A stretch of 60,299 nucleotides of DNA from a virus (IMGVR_UViG_3300022181_000098:1-60299); one strand, 5' to 3'; counted from the first letter of the stretch, positions 24,601 through 33,714 are shown. Notes: generated by a model from the letters alone, not told the origin. Numbers and translations are program-made.

Positions 24601-26736
24601 CGACCCCTGGGTTTTGATTGAGGGCTCAGAGTAGCAGTTGAGGTAGCTCGCGCTTTCAACCTGGTCGATGATATACGTGTAACCGGCCTGCCAGTTGTAG
24701 CCCGTAACCTCATCGACCCCTGCATCCTGGGCGTTCTTGTACCCGGCACCATCTCCACCGGATGTTGTACCTGACACGTAGCTGTTGTTGCCCGTACTTA
24801 TCGACACCAGCAGATTAGATGTTCCGTCCGTCACGAAGGTCACCCAGTCAGACCATTGCGTCGTCCCGGCGGATATCGTCACGCCGGCATTGCCGCTGAA
24901 CTTGAGCTGCACCTTAGCAGGACTTGTCTTGAAATTTTGAGGACTCCCTCCCCCTGCACTTTCTCCAAGATATGCCGAGGTGATCCCGAGTTCGTTCGAT
25001 GTCCCCGCTTTGAACCTGACCCTGAACCTGCCGTGGACGGCGTCGGGAACCCCCGATGCCGCTATCACGGTTCTGAGGGTAAAGTTGTTGAATCCCGATC
25101 CGAGATTAGAAATCGTCTTGGAGAAGACGTTCGCCCCGGTGTCGCTGGTCACATACGCAGCCTGAGCCAGGGAGTGTGTTGAATACTCCATGTAGTCGAC
25201 CTCTGAGACTCCCCCGGCGTCGCTGGTCACATACGCAGCCTGAGCATCGGTGTCCGAGAGATATTCCATCAGGTCCAGCGGGATGTCGCTGCTCGTGTCG
25301 CTGGTGATGTAGGCAGCTTGGGCCGCGGCGTCGCTGGGATATTCCATATGGTCGATCGGAGAGGATGCTTTCGAATACGCCGAACCCGTCCAATAATCAC
25401 TTGCGACCGATGCGACGGCAGTGTTAGGCGTCTTCAGGTAGAGCTTTACAGCATCAAGGGGTCTGGGGGACACGACATAGAGCGTCGAGGATGACGACGC
25501 CGAATAAGCCGAGGCCTGCGGAGTAAAACCCTGGGTATGTCTCGCCAGACCAACGGAAAGGCGGAACTCATCCATCAGCATGGGAGCATATCCGGACCAC
25601 GAGGTGGTGTCATGAAAGGCGCCTATACCGAAATAGCCTGTATAGTTGGCTGGCCGATCGGCGGTGTTCATGGAGGATACCTTCACTCCATCTATATAGA
25701 GGAAGTAATCGTCACCGCTCTCCGTCATCTCAATATGATGCCACCGGCCGAGTTGAATGGATCCGATGCCGGAGGCTATCGTTGATTTCTCCACACTCCC
25801 CGCGACCAGGTTGTAGATAACGATACCGGAGCTGTTTACGTAGAGCCGGTGATAGTTGTTCGCGTCGGTCGCCTGGCCCCAGATTGTGCTCACAGAATTG
25901 AAGGAATTGAAGCAGACCCAGACGTCGGCAGACCAGAGTCCCCCGGATACATTAAAATCGGCATGGTCGGCGCACCAGAGAGTCGAAGGATAGGCTCCGG
26001 TGAAGGAGAAGCAATACGTTCCGAATTTCGGGTTGCTCGACGAATATGTGACCGAAGAAACCGTGAAATCGTGTCCCTTTCCCGAGGAGTCACTGGCGTT
26101 GTTCTCTGCGTGCAAAACGACCACGGAGTGCTCGTCGATGCCCCCGCCGGTCGTGGTCATAGTGGCCAGATTCTCGTCGTCCTCCATGAGGTTCTGAACC
26201 TTATCGGTGTAGTCATAGATGACCTGGCTGTCGGGGTTGGCGATGAAGAAGCCGCGCATCCGCTCCTCTTCTCCGCCCCATATGAGGGTCTCCTTGCTGT
26301 TGCAGTAGATAAGCGCCTCCCCCGGAGCGATGGAGAAGTACCCCTTGCGAGAACCGGCCGCGTCTGTCCACAGAGTCTCTGCCTCGAAATCTCCCGTGTT
26401 CGGCACCACCGTCTTGTTCTGCAGAATAACCGAGGACGACAGATCCGAGTTGTACGCCTGCGCGAGCAAATGGGATTCCTCCGGCTGCGACTTGGTGTAG
26501 TGGAAGGCGCTGCGGACCTTCTGGTGAGTGTCGTTCATAACGGTCGTATTGATCCTCGTCATGCCGGCGACGCCCGTCAGGCGCGTGTCCGTATATCGCA
26601 GGTTAGTCAACTGTTTATAGTTGAGGCCGAGGTCAACACCTTCATAGGCAGGGATCCACTTGCCAGTAAGAGGGATGACCTTCCTCGGGTACGGCTGATA
26701 CGTGAGATCGGTCGGTTGCTGGAGCATCGGGTCCAT
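21679..26736 (-). CDS. Tail nozzle / DNA-stabilisation-like protein with inserted LamG-like domain and three tandem carbohydrate-binding-like modules
   Basis: Propeller-like ends (KVGCPAPST, YLIDRG); LamG motif GRWHHIEMT..LYIDG..MDEFRLS; three repeats of LTRT..DLTG..F-I-SSR-G-NI...WDISGV...FYIDN. Confidence 0.75.
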   Translation of the reverse strand: MDPMLQQPTDLTYQPYPRKVIPLTGKWIPAYEGVDLGLNYKQLTNLRYTDTRLTGVAGMTRINTTVMNDTHQKVRSAFHYTKSQPEESHLLAQAYNSDLSSSVILQNKTVVPNTGDFEAETLWTDAAGSRKGYFSIAPGEALIYCNSKETLIWGGEEERMRGFFIANPDSQVIYDYTDKVQNLMEDDENLATMTTTGGGIDEHSVVVLHAENNASDSSGKGHDFTVSSVTYSSSNPKFGTYCFSFTGAYPSTLWCADHADFNVSGGLWSADVWVCFNSFNSVSTIWGQATDANNYHRLYVNSSGIVIYNLVAGSVEKSTIASGIGSIQLGRWHHIEMTESGDDYFLYIDGVKVSSMNTADRPANYTGYFGIGAFHDTTSWSGYAPMLMDEFRLSVGLARHTQGFTPQASAYSASSSSTLYVVSPRPLDAVKLYLKTPNTAVASVASDYWTGSAYSKASSPIDHMEYPSDAAAQAAYITSDTSSDIPLDLMEYLSDTDAQAAYVTSDAGGVSEVDYMEYSTHSLAQAAYVTSDTGANVFSKTISNLGSGFNNFTLRTVIAASGVPDAVHGRFRVRFKAGTSNELGITSAYLGESAGGGSPQNFKTSPAKVQLKFSGNAGVTISAGTTQWSDWVTFVTDGTSNLLVSISTGNNSYVSGTTSGGDGAGYKNAQDAGVDEVTGYNWQAGYTYIIDQVESASYLNCYSEPSIKTQGSYALKAISTTDALNKTLTRTLSPTLNLTGMGTLTFRIRSSRTGSNIKVGLHQSGGATLEITPNVGSADVFQTVVWDISGVADADKNNIDSIIITIVNADAANTFYIDNWYGSSERTLQAFSDTIKTQGSHALQGVATTSAIDATLTKTLDPPIDLSGVETLCFDIKASRPGINLSVAIHDSGGTWTSISPNILNADQFQTVVWDISGVADADKDAIDRIRVTVDNASVANIFTIDNFYASGPSLSLQSYSEAVLTTQGGFSLKAVAAPTTSLNKTLTRTITSPVDLTGVDTIAFDIRSSRTGSNIKLAIHDSGGTWTELTPNIAVPDVFDNVIWDISGVSAANKNAIDQVRITIVNADAANTFYIDNLGPAGGALFDGTAAEGGTKSLGQTGVISFGNTVNAARPRMYNGLVGYVYRLTFTGIDPATTVYHATVRTPIQPIIDLWDGTDRECMAFYIYKDNTYNDYTLNVYANEYDSTDVATFVEIDSLAAGTNKLYFASYERLMGINFGIAGGHVNTTANTVMTVRYSSDGQNFITVGTIDDGTSGGEVSMSKSGTVTWNPPAISMEFMSRVSKVTPRYHYEITFSQTLSNDVQLFYVSGIPVQRQFGQYKFPLMAQDMLFLCCDMAGKKNAAIHSEYQTAQIFNGANSTEIEFGETGELTCGASLYNLYGYNLYNLIIFFKHGEMWKLSGDFPQWVRHQVSDKVGCPAPSTLKTVSLPGDIPQGLSRNVIIWQGSDGVYVSDGRAPLPIHGDIENYFDPRKTAYIKPELIGESWADLDQTKMEYHLHVASGAAATGTNTELVFDLKRWKWYLIDRGPGKHLAAGAEVRDVHGNKWNYGFIDSGYMMRLENGTSFDGNGIVHRLELGDLVLSENDFTMETRVERIELVTTKKSITSNNITYTHYVDTDPVGTNFTLIPAVTNRRVATIVEPINSKVGVFHSGLFEMTTNDEVTGFEPLALAYVYSQQYEKLTN
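23503..24396. repeat. Exact internal DNA repeats in the tail gene
   Basis: 48 nt identical at 23503-23550 and 24280-24327; 47 nt identical at 23966-24012 and 24350-24396. Confidence 0.9.
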
Positions 26737-26745
26737 CCGCGCCTC

Positions 26746-27393
26746 CTATATGAACCCGTTCTGGCGACGGTCCCCTTCCCTGTCCCGCGAGTACATCAGG
26801 GACACGATCGCCGAGTTCTTTCCATGGTCGTACTGCCCCTGGAAGACCGCCCCGAGCTGCGGATTTGACCACACCTTCTTCGGCATCAGCATGAGCCGCG
26901 CCTTCGTACCGGCCGCTATGACACCGTGCCATTCCTGGTAGAAGACGTCCTCGATGGTTGTAACCGTCGTCAGTGGCTTGAAGGCAACCTGGAGATACAA
27001 CTGAACCGCCACCGCGTCAAAGGGGTATATGATGACGCTCGTCGATGTGGCCGGGTACCAGAACCTGGTCCGCCCTTCCACCACCGATTCGACGTCGTTC
27101 AGGTTGTCTGTGATGGTCCTGCGGGTGGCTTTATAGGAAACGCCGTTGATCCGGAGGGTGAGGATGTCGAGAGGCTGGTACTCCGTGAACGCTGCCGGTG
27201 TTGAAATGGTTATCCGGTTGTTGGGCGTTGTAGGGTCCGACGCAAGGACGTCGTGCTTGAACCCGCTGTTGATAATGCCGGTGTGAGAAAGGTCCTCCAG
27301 GGTTTCCTTCACTTTCGCTTCAATGAGCGGGTACGGGCACCCGATCACATCGGGAAGTACCTCGTTGACGAGAACGGAGATGGCTGTCGACAT
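26746..27393 (-). CDS. Head-tail adaptor-like protein
   Basis: LPDVIGCP...IAAGTKARLMLMPKKVWSNPQLG resembles podovirus adaptor proteins; synteny. Confidence 0.7.
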   Translation of the reverse strand: MSTAISVLVNEVLPDVIGCPYPLIEAKVKETLEDLSHTGIINSGFKHDVLASDPTTPNNRITISTPAAFTEYQPLDILTLRINGVSYKATRRTITDNLNDVESVVEGRTRFWYPATSTSVIIYPFDAVAVQLYLQVAFKPLTTVTTIEDVFYQEWHGVIAAGTKARLMLMPKKVWSNPQLGAVFQGQYDHGKNSAIVSLMYSRDREGDRRQNGFI

Positions 27394-28052
27394 TACCGGG
27401 GACCTCCCTTTTCAGCCGCTTTGTTGGGGTCGTCTTCCTTCTTGCGCTCTTCGCTGAGCCCAAGGTCGGCCATGAACATTCCCAGGAAGCCAGCTGCCAG
27501 TGTCGGCTGCTTCTTCAACCAGACTCGATGGAGCATGAAGAGCATAATCGCGTTCTCATGGCTGTCGTCGATAGGTATACTGGCGTTTACGGCTATGTCT
27601 GCCGGTATCGCGCAATAGCGCATCTCAACGTATCCCATTCCGGTCGCGGGCTGGGGAGGATAGACGTAGAAGGCTTTTTGGTCCTCTTTCGGGTCGTAAA
27701 TCCAGTGGATGACCGTGACATTCGCCGTGGCTGCCATCCACCCGGGGAGCGCTGCGTTCATGTCCGCCCGGCCGACAAGTGTGATCGCCGTTCCCGATGT
27801 GGTTCCGCCCGCCCCCATGTTCCGGATGATGTCCTTGAGATAAACTCCTCCGGCCGGAAGCGCCTGCTTCGCCCCCGCAGCAAGTTGCACCGGTGCGGTG
27901 ACGACGTAGGCGTCCGGCTTGAGAACGCAGATCTTCTCTATGGCGTCGTTGAGGTGACCGAGAAGCTCGGCCTCCCCCCAGGTGTTGTTCCCGGGATCCT
28001 GAAGGGTCGTCTCAACCTTGTCGACGATGCTCTGGGCGGTCAGAGTTCCCAT
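27393..28052 (-). CDS. Head-tail adaptor-like protein (DUF6682-like)
   Basis: TLQDP..WGEAELLGHLNDA..KPDAY..FYVYPP pattern; synteny. Confidence 0.7.
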   Translation of the reverse strand: MGTLTAQSIVDKVETTLQDPGNNTWGEAELLGHLNDAIEKICVLKPDAYVVTAPVQLAAGAKQALPAGGVYLKDIIRNMGAGGTTSGTAITLVGRADMNAALPGWMAATANVTVIHWIYDPKEDQKAFYVYPPQPATGMGYVEMRYCAIPADIAVNASIPIDDSHENAIMLFMLHRVWLKKQPTLAAGFLGMFMADLGLSEERKKEDDPNKAAEKGGPR

Positions 28053-28055
28053 CCC

Positions 28056-28697
28056 TTACCCTGCCGCAAGCTGTCTCGCCTGCTCGAGCTCCTTGATCTT
28101 CTTGATCATGCCCATGCGCTTGTCGTCGGGACCGAACTCACAACCGTACAGATCCTTGGCATACGCCCTGAGCTGGGGCTCCTTGAACCCCATGAGCGCC
28201 CCCATGGTGACCGGTTCGACGGCGGGCTTGCTGTCTGCTGCCGGCGGTGCTGCCGGATCTCCGGAGGCGGGCGGGGGCGGTGTGACCGGTGGTACGGGGT
28301 CGGGCCCTTCTATGCCGTCGCCGCCCAACTGGTCCTTCGGTCCTCCGTCGTCTTCATTCAACATCTCACGGGCGGCCTGCTCGGGAGTCTGGGCACCTTC
28401 GGGTGAAGCAGCCGCGGGGGCTCCGGTGCCGTCCGGTACGTTGGCTGCCGGCGGCGTCGCAGCTGCCGCAGGAGGCGCAAAGGGCTTCTCGACACCGACG
28501 TTGCCGGGAGGAGTCAGTCCTTCCCGGGAAACACCCACGATCCGGAACATCCGGGGGTTGACGGCCATCATGTTGGTGGCGTCCTGGTCGGTCATGTCGA
28601 CCGTGGTGTTGGGACCCTCCACGACGTATTTCTGTGACAGGAAAGGAAGGGACAGGATGAAACCGCTCTTCTTCCCCAGGTATTCGAGTCTAATCAT
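28056..28697 (-). CDS. Hypothetical Pro/Ala-rich head-region protein
   Basis: In operon; low-complexity linker and short helical C-terminal domain. Confidence 0.6.
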   Translation of the reverse strand: MIRLEYLGKKSGFILSLPFLSQKYVVEGPNTTVDMTDQDATNMMAVNPRMFRIVGVSREGLTPPGNVGVEKPFAPPAAAATPPAANVPDGTGAPAAASPEGAQTPEQAAREMLNEDDGGPKDQLGGDGIEGPDPVPPVTPPPPASGDPAAPPAADSKPAVEPVTMGALMGFKEPQLRAYAKDLYGCEFGPDDKRMGMIKKIKELEQARQLAAG

Positions 28698-29007
28698 GGC
28701 TTGCCTCCTTTACGGTGACTTCCGGCGCCTCCATGACGCGCCGCACCAGTTCGACATCCTGCCGAGCGTATCCCGTCAGGGTATTGCATGCGTTCCTGAG
28801 GGTCTGGTATTCGACCTCCTCGAGGAGAACATCGGGCCCCGGGGCCTCGGCGATCTTCGTCGCGAGAGCGTTATTCGCCAGCAGACACGCTCCATTGAGC
28901 CTCAGCTTCGGGGCCAGAAGCATGTCCGCCAGGGAATCCCTGACGTCGTAGTCTGTCTCCGCACCGTTGATCTTTACCTTGTAGTTGGTTACCGCCAGTT
29001 TCCTCAT
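28690..29007 (-). CDS. Hypothetical protein
   Basis: MRKLAVTNY start after AAGGAG RBS. Confidence 0.6.
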   Translation of the reverse strand: MRKLAVTNYKVKINGAETDYDVRDSLADMLLAPKLRLNGACLLANNALATKIAEAPGPDVLLEEVEYQTLRNACNTLTGYARQDVELVRRVMEAPEVTVKEASHD

Positions 29008-29063
29008 GTGCTGCTCCTTTCTTATTGTATGAGGGGAGGCTCCGACCTCCCCTCTGTGAATTC

Positions 29064-29771
29064 TTATTCCACGGCCGTCGCCAGCGGGATGTAGCGGATG
29101 TTCCCGTTCACCCTGACCCGGAGGGCTTCCGTGCATGCCGCGTTCATCGTGGCTGCCGTGATGGTGCTGATGTGCATGTTGCCTGCCGCCTCTTCGCCCG
29201 TGGGCACGTGAAGCGAAAGTAGGTTCTTCACCCGCCCCTGAGCCGTTGAGTTGCCGCCCTGGACCGTAAAGTCCATGACGGCGAACTCAGTCACCGCCCC
29301 GGGATCGGAGTCGTTGCCGTCGCAGTAGATCTCCGCCTGCAGGGCCGAGTAGGACCCGCCCGCCGGCATGGCGCCGTTGGGGATGTGGAGGGTGGCCTTC
29401 ACCGCCCGGCCTTCCCCGGTCACCTTGGATGTGGCATATGCCGAGAAATTGAGGGAAATGTGCGCCCCCCTCGCATTCGCTGCCGCCACGCCTTCGACCG
29501 TAGCAAAGGCCCTGAGGGCCTCCCCGGACTGTCCCGCGCCGGCCAGGTAGTGCCGCCAGTACAGTCCCTCGCTGTCACCGCCGCCCGTGTTCTTCGTGTA
29601 GAACGAGGCCATCTTCTGACCTGCGACCGCCGTGGCGACAGGGTCCGCCGCTTCACCGCCGCCCAGGATCAAGCCGGCGTGCGTCTTGAGCCCCAGACTG
29701 ATCATAAAGGCCTGCGGAGCGTCGTCGTACTTCTTTCCTCTCCATGAAGGCCAGCCTTGCAAATCTGCCAT
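29064..29771 (-). CDS. Probable virion structural protein (head fibre/decoration-like)
   Basis: Gly/Ala-rich, C-terminal LRVRVNGNIRYIPL; follows capsid genes. Confidence 0.55.
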   Translation of the reverse strand: MADLQGWPSWRGKKYDDAPQAFMISLGLKTHAGLILGGGEAADPVATAVAGQKMASFYTKNTGGGDSEGLYWRHYLAGAGQSGEALRAFATVEGVAAANARGAHISLNFSAYATSKVTGEGRAVKATLHIPNGAMPAGGSYSALQAEIYCDGNDSDPGAVTEFAVMDFTVQGGNSTAQGRVKNLLSLHVPTGEEAAGNMHISTITAATMNAACTEALRVRVNGNIRYIPLATAVE

Positions 29772-29836
29772 TTTAGATCACCTCTCTCGTAAGAGAGGGG
29801 GACTCACGGCCCCCTCTCGTTTGGTTGCTTCAGCCG

Positions 29837-30346
29837 CTACACCCCTGCGTCGTCATCCGCCGTGCCGTTCACGTCCTCTATCTCATCATCGAACGTCGGC
29901 ATGACGTAGAACACGGTGCCTTCGATGTACTGGTCCACGGGCCAACCGTTGGCACCCGCGAACTCGAGGTCGATCCAGGACTCGGCTGCGAGTTTGTGCT
30001 CGCACGTCTCCGCCCCGGCCGTCTCATCGGACAGTCGCCAGTACCCCGCGGACCCTCCGACGAGGCCGGTCTTGATGTCGGTGTGGGTGGTCCCGTCGGA
30101 CGTGGCGCACCGCCTCACGTTGATCGTGTTCGTGCCGCCGCCCGCCTCCCACCGCATGTGGATGTCTTTGATGATGGCGCCCTTGGGGAGCTTCACCGCC
30201 CTGGCGACGCTGTTCTGCTCGAGGGCAGCGCCTCCGTTGGCGACAGAGGCGATATGTAGACGGAAGGATTTCGCCTTTACTGCGCCGTCAAGGGTTTCCT
30301 TCACGGCCACCTTTGCGCTTCGCATGAGAATGGTTACTGCTGCCAT
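29837..30346 (-). CDS. Probable capsid decoration protein
   Basis: Directly after the capsid gene; KLPKGAII motif. Confidence 0.55.
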   Translation of the reverse strand: MAAVTILMRSAKVAVKETLDGAVKAKSFRLHIASVANGGAALEQNSVARAVKLPKGAIIKDIHMRWEAGGGTNTINVRRCATSDGTTHTDIKTGLVGGSAGYWRLSDETAGAETCEHKLAAESWIDLEFAGANGWPVDQYIEGTVFYVMPTFDDEIEDVNGTADDDAGV

Positions 30347-30411
30347 ATTTGTGTACCTCCGTGGTTATACAGGCAGGAGCGGGATCACCCCGCCCCTGCT
30401 GCTCTCGATGT

Positions 30412-31491
30412 CTAGGTCGGGTCTTCATAATAGGTATCGACGGCGATAACACCAAAGTCCTTGTTGTTGTAACGGGACTTCTTGATACCGTATATGGCCC
30501 CTGCCGTGATGGCGAGGGCGTTGCCCCTGTCGTCCGTCTCCTCGTTCCAAGAGTAACGGCCGATGCCGCTACCGTTGCCGCCCCAGGCGATCATGCCTGC
30601 CTGAGATCCCAGGAAGAGCGCCCTGGCTGCCGTGACGGTGCCTCCCGAGCCGTAATCCGCGAACCGGATTACGTTGCGGTGTTTGTGGAGGACAACGCCG
30701 TTGAACTCACCGAGGGCATTCTTGTAGATGAGGCTCGTCTGCCCGTCGGTGTTCTTGTGGAGGTCCATCCAGTCATTGTTGCTGACGGACTTCCTGAGGG
30801 CGAAGGCCTGGAAGATGTGCATGAGAAGGACGAACTTGTGCTCTCCGTCGATCATAAAGGGGAGCATCTGCGGGTCCATCGTCTCGACCTTGGCCACGAG
30901 CCTGTCGATGAGCGTCAGGACCATCCCGTCGGCGGCATCGAGATCGCTCTTGCCGGTCGCATTGCCACCATAGATGATGTGGTCGCCGTCCGGAGCTATC
31001 AGGGGGTTGCCCGCCCTGCCGTTCCATCCGATCGGAAAGTGGAAGGATGTGTCGATTCCCCGGGCGCCGGCCAGATACATCATAGACTGCTGGTCGTAGT
31101 CCTCGGCAAACCAGGTAGCCAGCGCGTCCCGGCCCTCTTTCCGCATGCTGTAGGGAACCCTCTGCTCGGACATCTTGCCCTTGCTCTTGGTGCCCTTCCG
31201 TCTCTGGTTGATGGTGAGTGTGTCGTTGAAGAAGCTGAGCGCCTCTTCCGCCGTGGTGCCCTCGATCGGGTTGTCACCCTCGACACCGTCGCCGTCGAGC
31301 TTCATCCGCAGACCAACGGTGATCGTCTCACCGGCATTTTTCTGAAGCTCTTTCTTGATCTTGATGAGGGCATCGTCACCGGTGCCCATAAACTTGTTGA
31401 AATACTGCTTGGTTTCTGCCACTACGGCCAGCGAATCACTCCAGCGCTGTACCGCAAGGGGATGCCCCAATGTGAATTCGGTCGCTGCCAT
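30412..31491 (-). CDS. Major capsid protein, N4-gp56 / DUF4043 family
   Basis: KELQKNAGETITVGL..GVEGD..MSEQR..YLAGARG..GIKKSRY..DFGVIAVDT. Confidence 0.9.
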   Translation of the reverse strand: MAATEFTLGHPLAVQRWSDSLAVVAETKQYFNKFMGTGDDALIKIKKELQKNAGETITVGLRMKLDGDGVEGDNPIEGTTAEEALSFFNDTLTINQRRKGTKSKGKMSEQRVPYSMRKEGRDALATWFAEDYDQQSMMYLAGARGIDTSFHFPIGWNGRAGNPLIAPDGDHIIYGGNATGKSDLDAADGMVLTLIDRLVAKVETMDPQMLPFMIDGEHKFVLLMHIFQAFALRKSVSNNDWMDLHKNTDGQTSLIYKNALGEFNGVVLHKHRNVIRFADYGSGGTVTAARALFLGSQAGMIAWGGNGSGIGRYSWNEETDDRGNALAITAGAIYGIKKSRYNNKDFGVIAVDTYYEDPT

Positions 31492-31531
31492 GTCTTATAC
31501 CTCGCTCGTTATAGCCGGTATGCCTCGCACG

Positions 31532-32674
31532 CTAACCCCCCAGAAGCCGCCTCTGGTCAGCCTCGGACAGGTTCCGGAATTCATCTTCCGTGATGATCTG
31601 CCCGGTGTCCTCGGGTATGATGGTCTGCGCAGGGTTGTCGCCGAGACTCTTGTAGACCCCGGCATCGGTTTTTACTTTCCCCATCACCTGTTCTGTGATG
31701 GACCTGGTGAGCTCGTCGCGTATCCGCGCCTCGCCCTGGTAGAGGTTGTGGATGAGCCTGAGGGTCGCCAGGGCGCCTCTGCCCAGGTGGATCCCGGACT
31801 TGGCCCCCCGCTGCACGATAACCGTGGCGGGATCCGTGAGGGCGGCCAGCAGGTCGCCATCCATGCCGTGCTGCTCCGCGAACGTCATGAGACGCTCGTT
31901 GATGTCGCTCTTCTCGTCGTAAAGGCCTGGCACTTCCTGAGCCATGGCCTCTCTGCTCGTGTTGATGATGGTGGCAGCGTTGCGCTGTGCGGCCTCGCTG
32001 ATGGATCTCTGCTGCCGGTCCTGCTCCGCCGCGGTGTGCTGGGCCTCACGGTAGTCCGCGAGCCTCTTGATGTACCGCTGCGCCTCCGCGTAGTCCGTGG
32101 TCACGAGATCGTCGTACTCGTTGTCGGAGAGTTCCTTGAAGTCTTTGAACTTGTCCATGGGGCTGGCCTGTGGCGGAGTCACCCCGCGCTGGATCTCTCC
32201 CTGGAGCTGGTTGATCGTCTGCTGCGCCACCTCGAGCTGCTGTGCCAGCGTGCGCCTCGCCTGACGCTCTTCCGTGAGCTCCCGCCTGATGCCTTCCGTG
32301 GCCCTTACTATCGAGTCCTTGCCGGCATCCTCCGCCGCCTTTGCTGCCGCCTCCCGCTCCGGGGTCTGGACTTCCTTGCCGGGGTCGCCTGCCGGTGGGG
32401 GCGTCACCGCTTCTTTCGCCCCTGGCTGTGTCGGTGGTGTCGCGGCGGCCGGTGCTGCGCCGTCGCCTGCTTCCTCTCCCGTGAGCTCCGCTTCCGAGAA
32501 ACGCTGTTCGTCACCGAAGAGCGACTCCCGGGTGTCGGTTATGTCGCTCTTCTCTTCCAGGACCGTTACGGGCCCGTCAGGGACAACGATACTCGGCGCA
32601 TCTGCCGCCGGCGGTGCCGGTGGCGTCGCGGGTGCGGCTGGTGCTACTGATGTGCTGCCGTCTTCTGGTGCCAT
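31532..32674 (-). CDS. Capsid scaffolding protein
   Basis: Acidic/Pro-rich N-terminus, coiled coil, directly upstream of the capsid gene. Confidence 0.75.
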   Translation of the reverse strand: MAPEDGSTSVAPAAPATPPAPPAADAPSIVVPDGPVTVLEEKSDITDTRESLFGDEQRFSEAELTGEEAGDGAAPAAATPPTQPGAKEAVTPPPAGDPGKEVQTPEREAAAKAAEDAGKDSIVRATEGIRRELTEERQARRTLAQQLEVAQQTINQLQGEIQRGVTPPQASPMDKFKDFKELSDNEYDDLVTTDYAEAQRYIKRLADYREAQHTAAEQDRQQRSISEAAQRNAATIINTSREAMAQEVPGLYDEKSDINERLMTFAEQHGMDGDLLAALTDPATVIVQRGAKSGIHLGRGALATLRLIHNLYQGEARIRDELTRSITEQVMGKVKTDAGVYKSLGDNPAQTIIPEDTGQIITEDEFRNLSEADQRRLLGG

Positions 32675-32873
32675 GTGCTGCCTCCTTTTTAACGTCCAGG
32701 TGGACGAATCATGCTCTGTCGGGGCATGTCCCGAAATAAAAAGGGCCGGATCGACAACGACCTTGAGGTCCCTCTGCCTCCGTCTGTGAAGACTGCGAGG
32801 CTGGATCTCCGTCCGTTCTCGGCCCGGCCCAAATGGTGCTCATCGCCGTGATGCTATTCGGTTGTGGGTTGTG

Positions 32874-33044
32874 CTATCTCAACGGCCTATCCTCCGTCGC
32901 TTCCGTCACCTTAATACTGATCTCCTTGATGGTGATCAGCTTCAGGTCCGGGGTCTTCCTGAATTCCACGGTCGAGAAGAGGCCGTGTTTCTCGCACAGC
33001 TTCTCGAACTCCCGCAGAACAGCAATGGCCCGGTCCTTGGTCAT
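32874..33044 (-). CDS. Small 56-aa protein (not in the ORF track)
   Basis: MTKDRAIAVLREFEKLCEKHGLFSTVEFRKTPDLKLITIKEISIKVTEATEDRPLR; starts 2 nt after the upstream stop. Confidence 0.55.
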   Translation of the reverse strand: MTKDRAIAVLREFEKLCEKHGLFSTVEFRKTPDLKLITIKEISIKVTEATEDRPLR

Positions 33045-33046
33045 GC

Positions 33047-33463
33047 CTACTCTGCTTCCTCCTCTACCTCAGCGCCCTCGATGAAGGGAGCGAGCACATT
33101 CATGTCCGCCGGCGACAGCCTCACACCCGTCGCCTCGAACTCCGCCATGGCGACAGGCTCGTACCAGATCTGCCGGTCCGTCGCCATGTACGCCTTCACT
33201 TCCTCGGTGAACTGCTCCTCGTGCTCCTTCTTGATTTGCTTGCCGTCGGTGGGATTGCCTTCAGGGTCCAGGATAGGTTCACCATATTTCTCGAAGAGCC
33301 CTTCCCTCAGCTTCTCCACGTCCTTTGCAGCTTCACGGGCCGACCTGAGGAGACGACCGAAGCGATAAGCGAGCTTGAGGGGAAGGTCCAAATTCGCAAG
33401 TTTATTGAGGCCTCCGGGGCCGCCGCCGATCGTACTGCATAACTGCTCTACTGTCGTGTGCAT
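33047..33463 (-). CDS. Hypothetical phage protein
   Basis: MHTTVEQL start after AAGGAG RBS. Confidence 0.65.
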   Translation of the reverse strand: MHTTVEQLCSTIGGGPGGLNKLANLDLPLKLAYRFGRLLRSAREAAKDVEKLREGLFEKYGEPILDPEGNPTDGKQIKKEHEEQFTEEVKAYMATDRQIWYEPVAMAEFEATGVRLSPADMNVLAPFIEGAEVEEEAE

Positions 33464-33714
33464 AAATCTCCTTTCTGTTCGGTATTTGATGGACTCCTCA
33501 TGTCGCAGCCCTCTATCTTGCAAGCTCCGCACATGCGGCTGCCGGGGGCGTTCGGGAACGTCCGGCACATGCCCATGGCGTAGTTGTCGGCGACGGATCC
33601 GCCGTGCTCTCTCATGTTCCACGCGAGGAAGTTGCGCCCGTTCGGCGCCTCGCGGTGGCTCCTGAAGTACTTCTCTTCCTTGGCCGCGAAGGCCCTTTCT
33701 TCCTGTTCGGTCAT
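33448..33714 (-). CDS. Hypothetical Cys-containing protein
   Basis: ATGA overlap with the portal stop. Confidence 0.6.
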   Translation of the reverse strand: MTEQEERAFAAKEEKYFRSHREAPNGRNFLAWNMREHGGSVADNYAMGMCRTFPNAPGSRMCGACKIEGCDMRSPSNTEQKGDLCTRQ

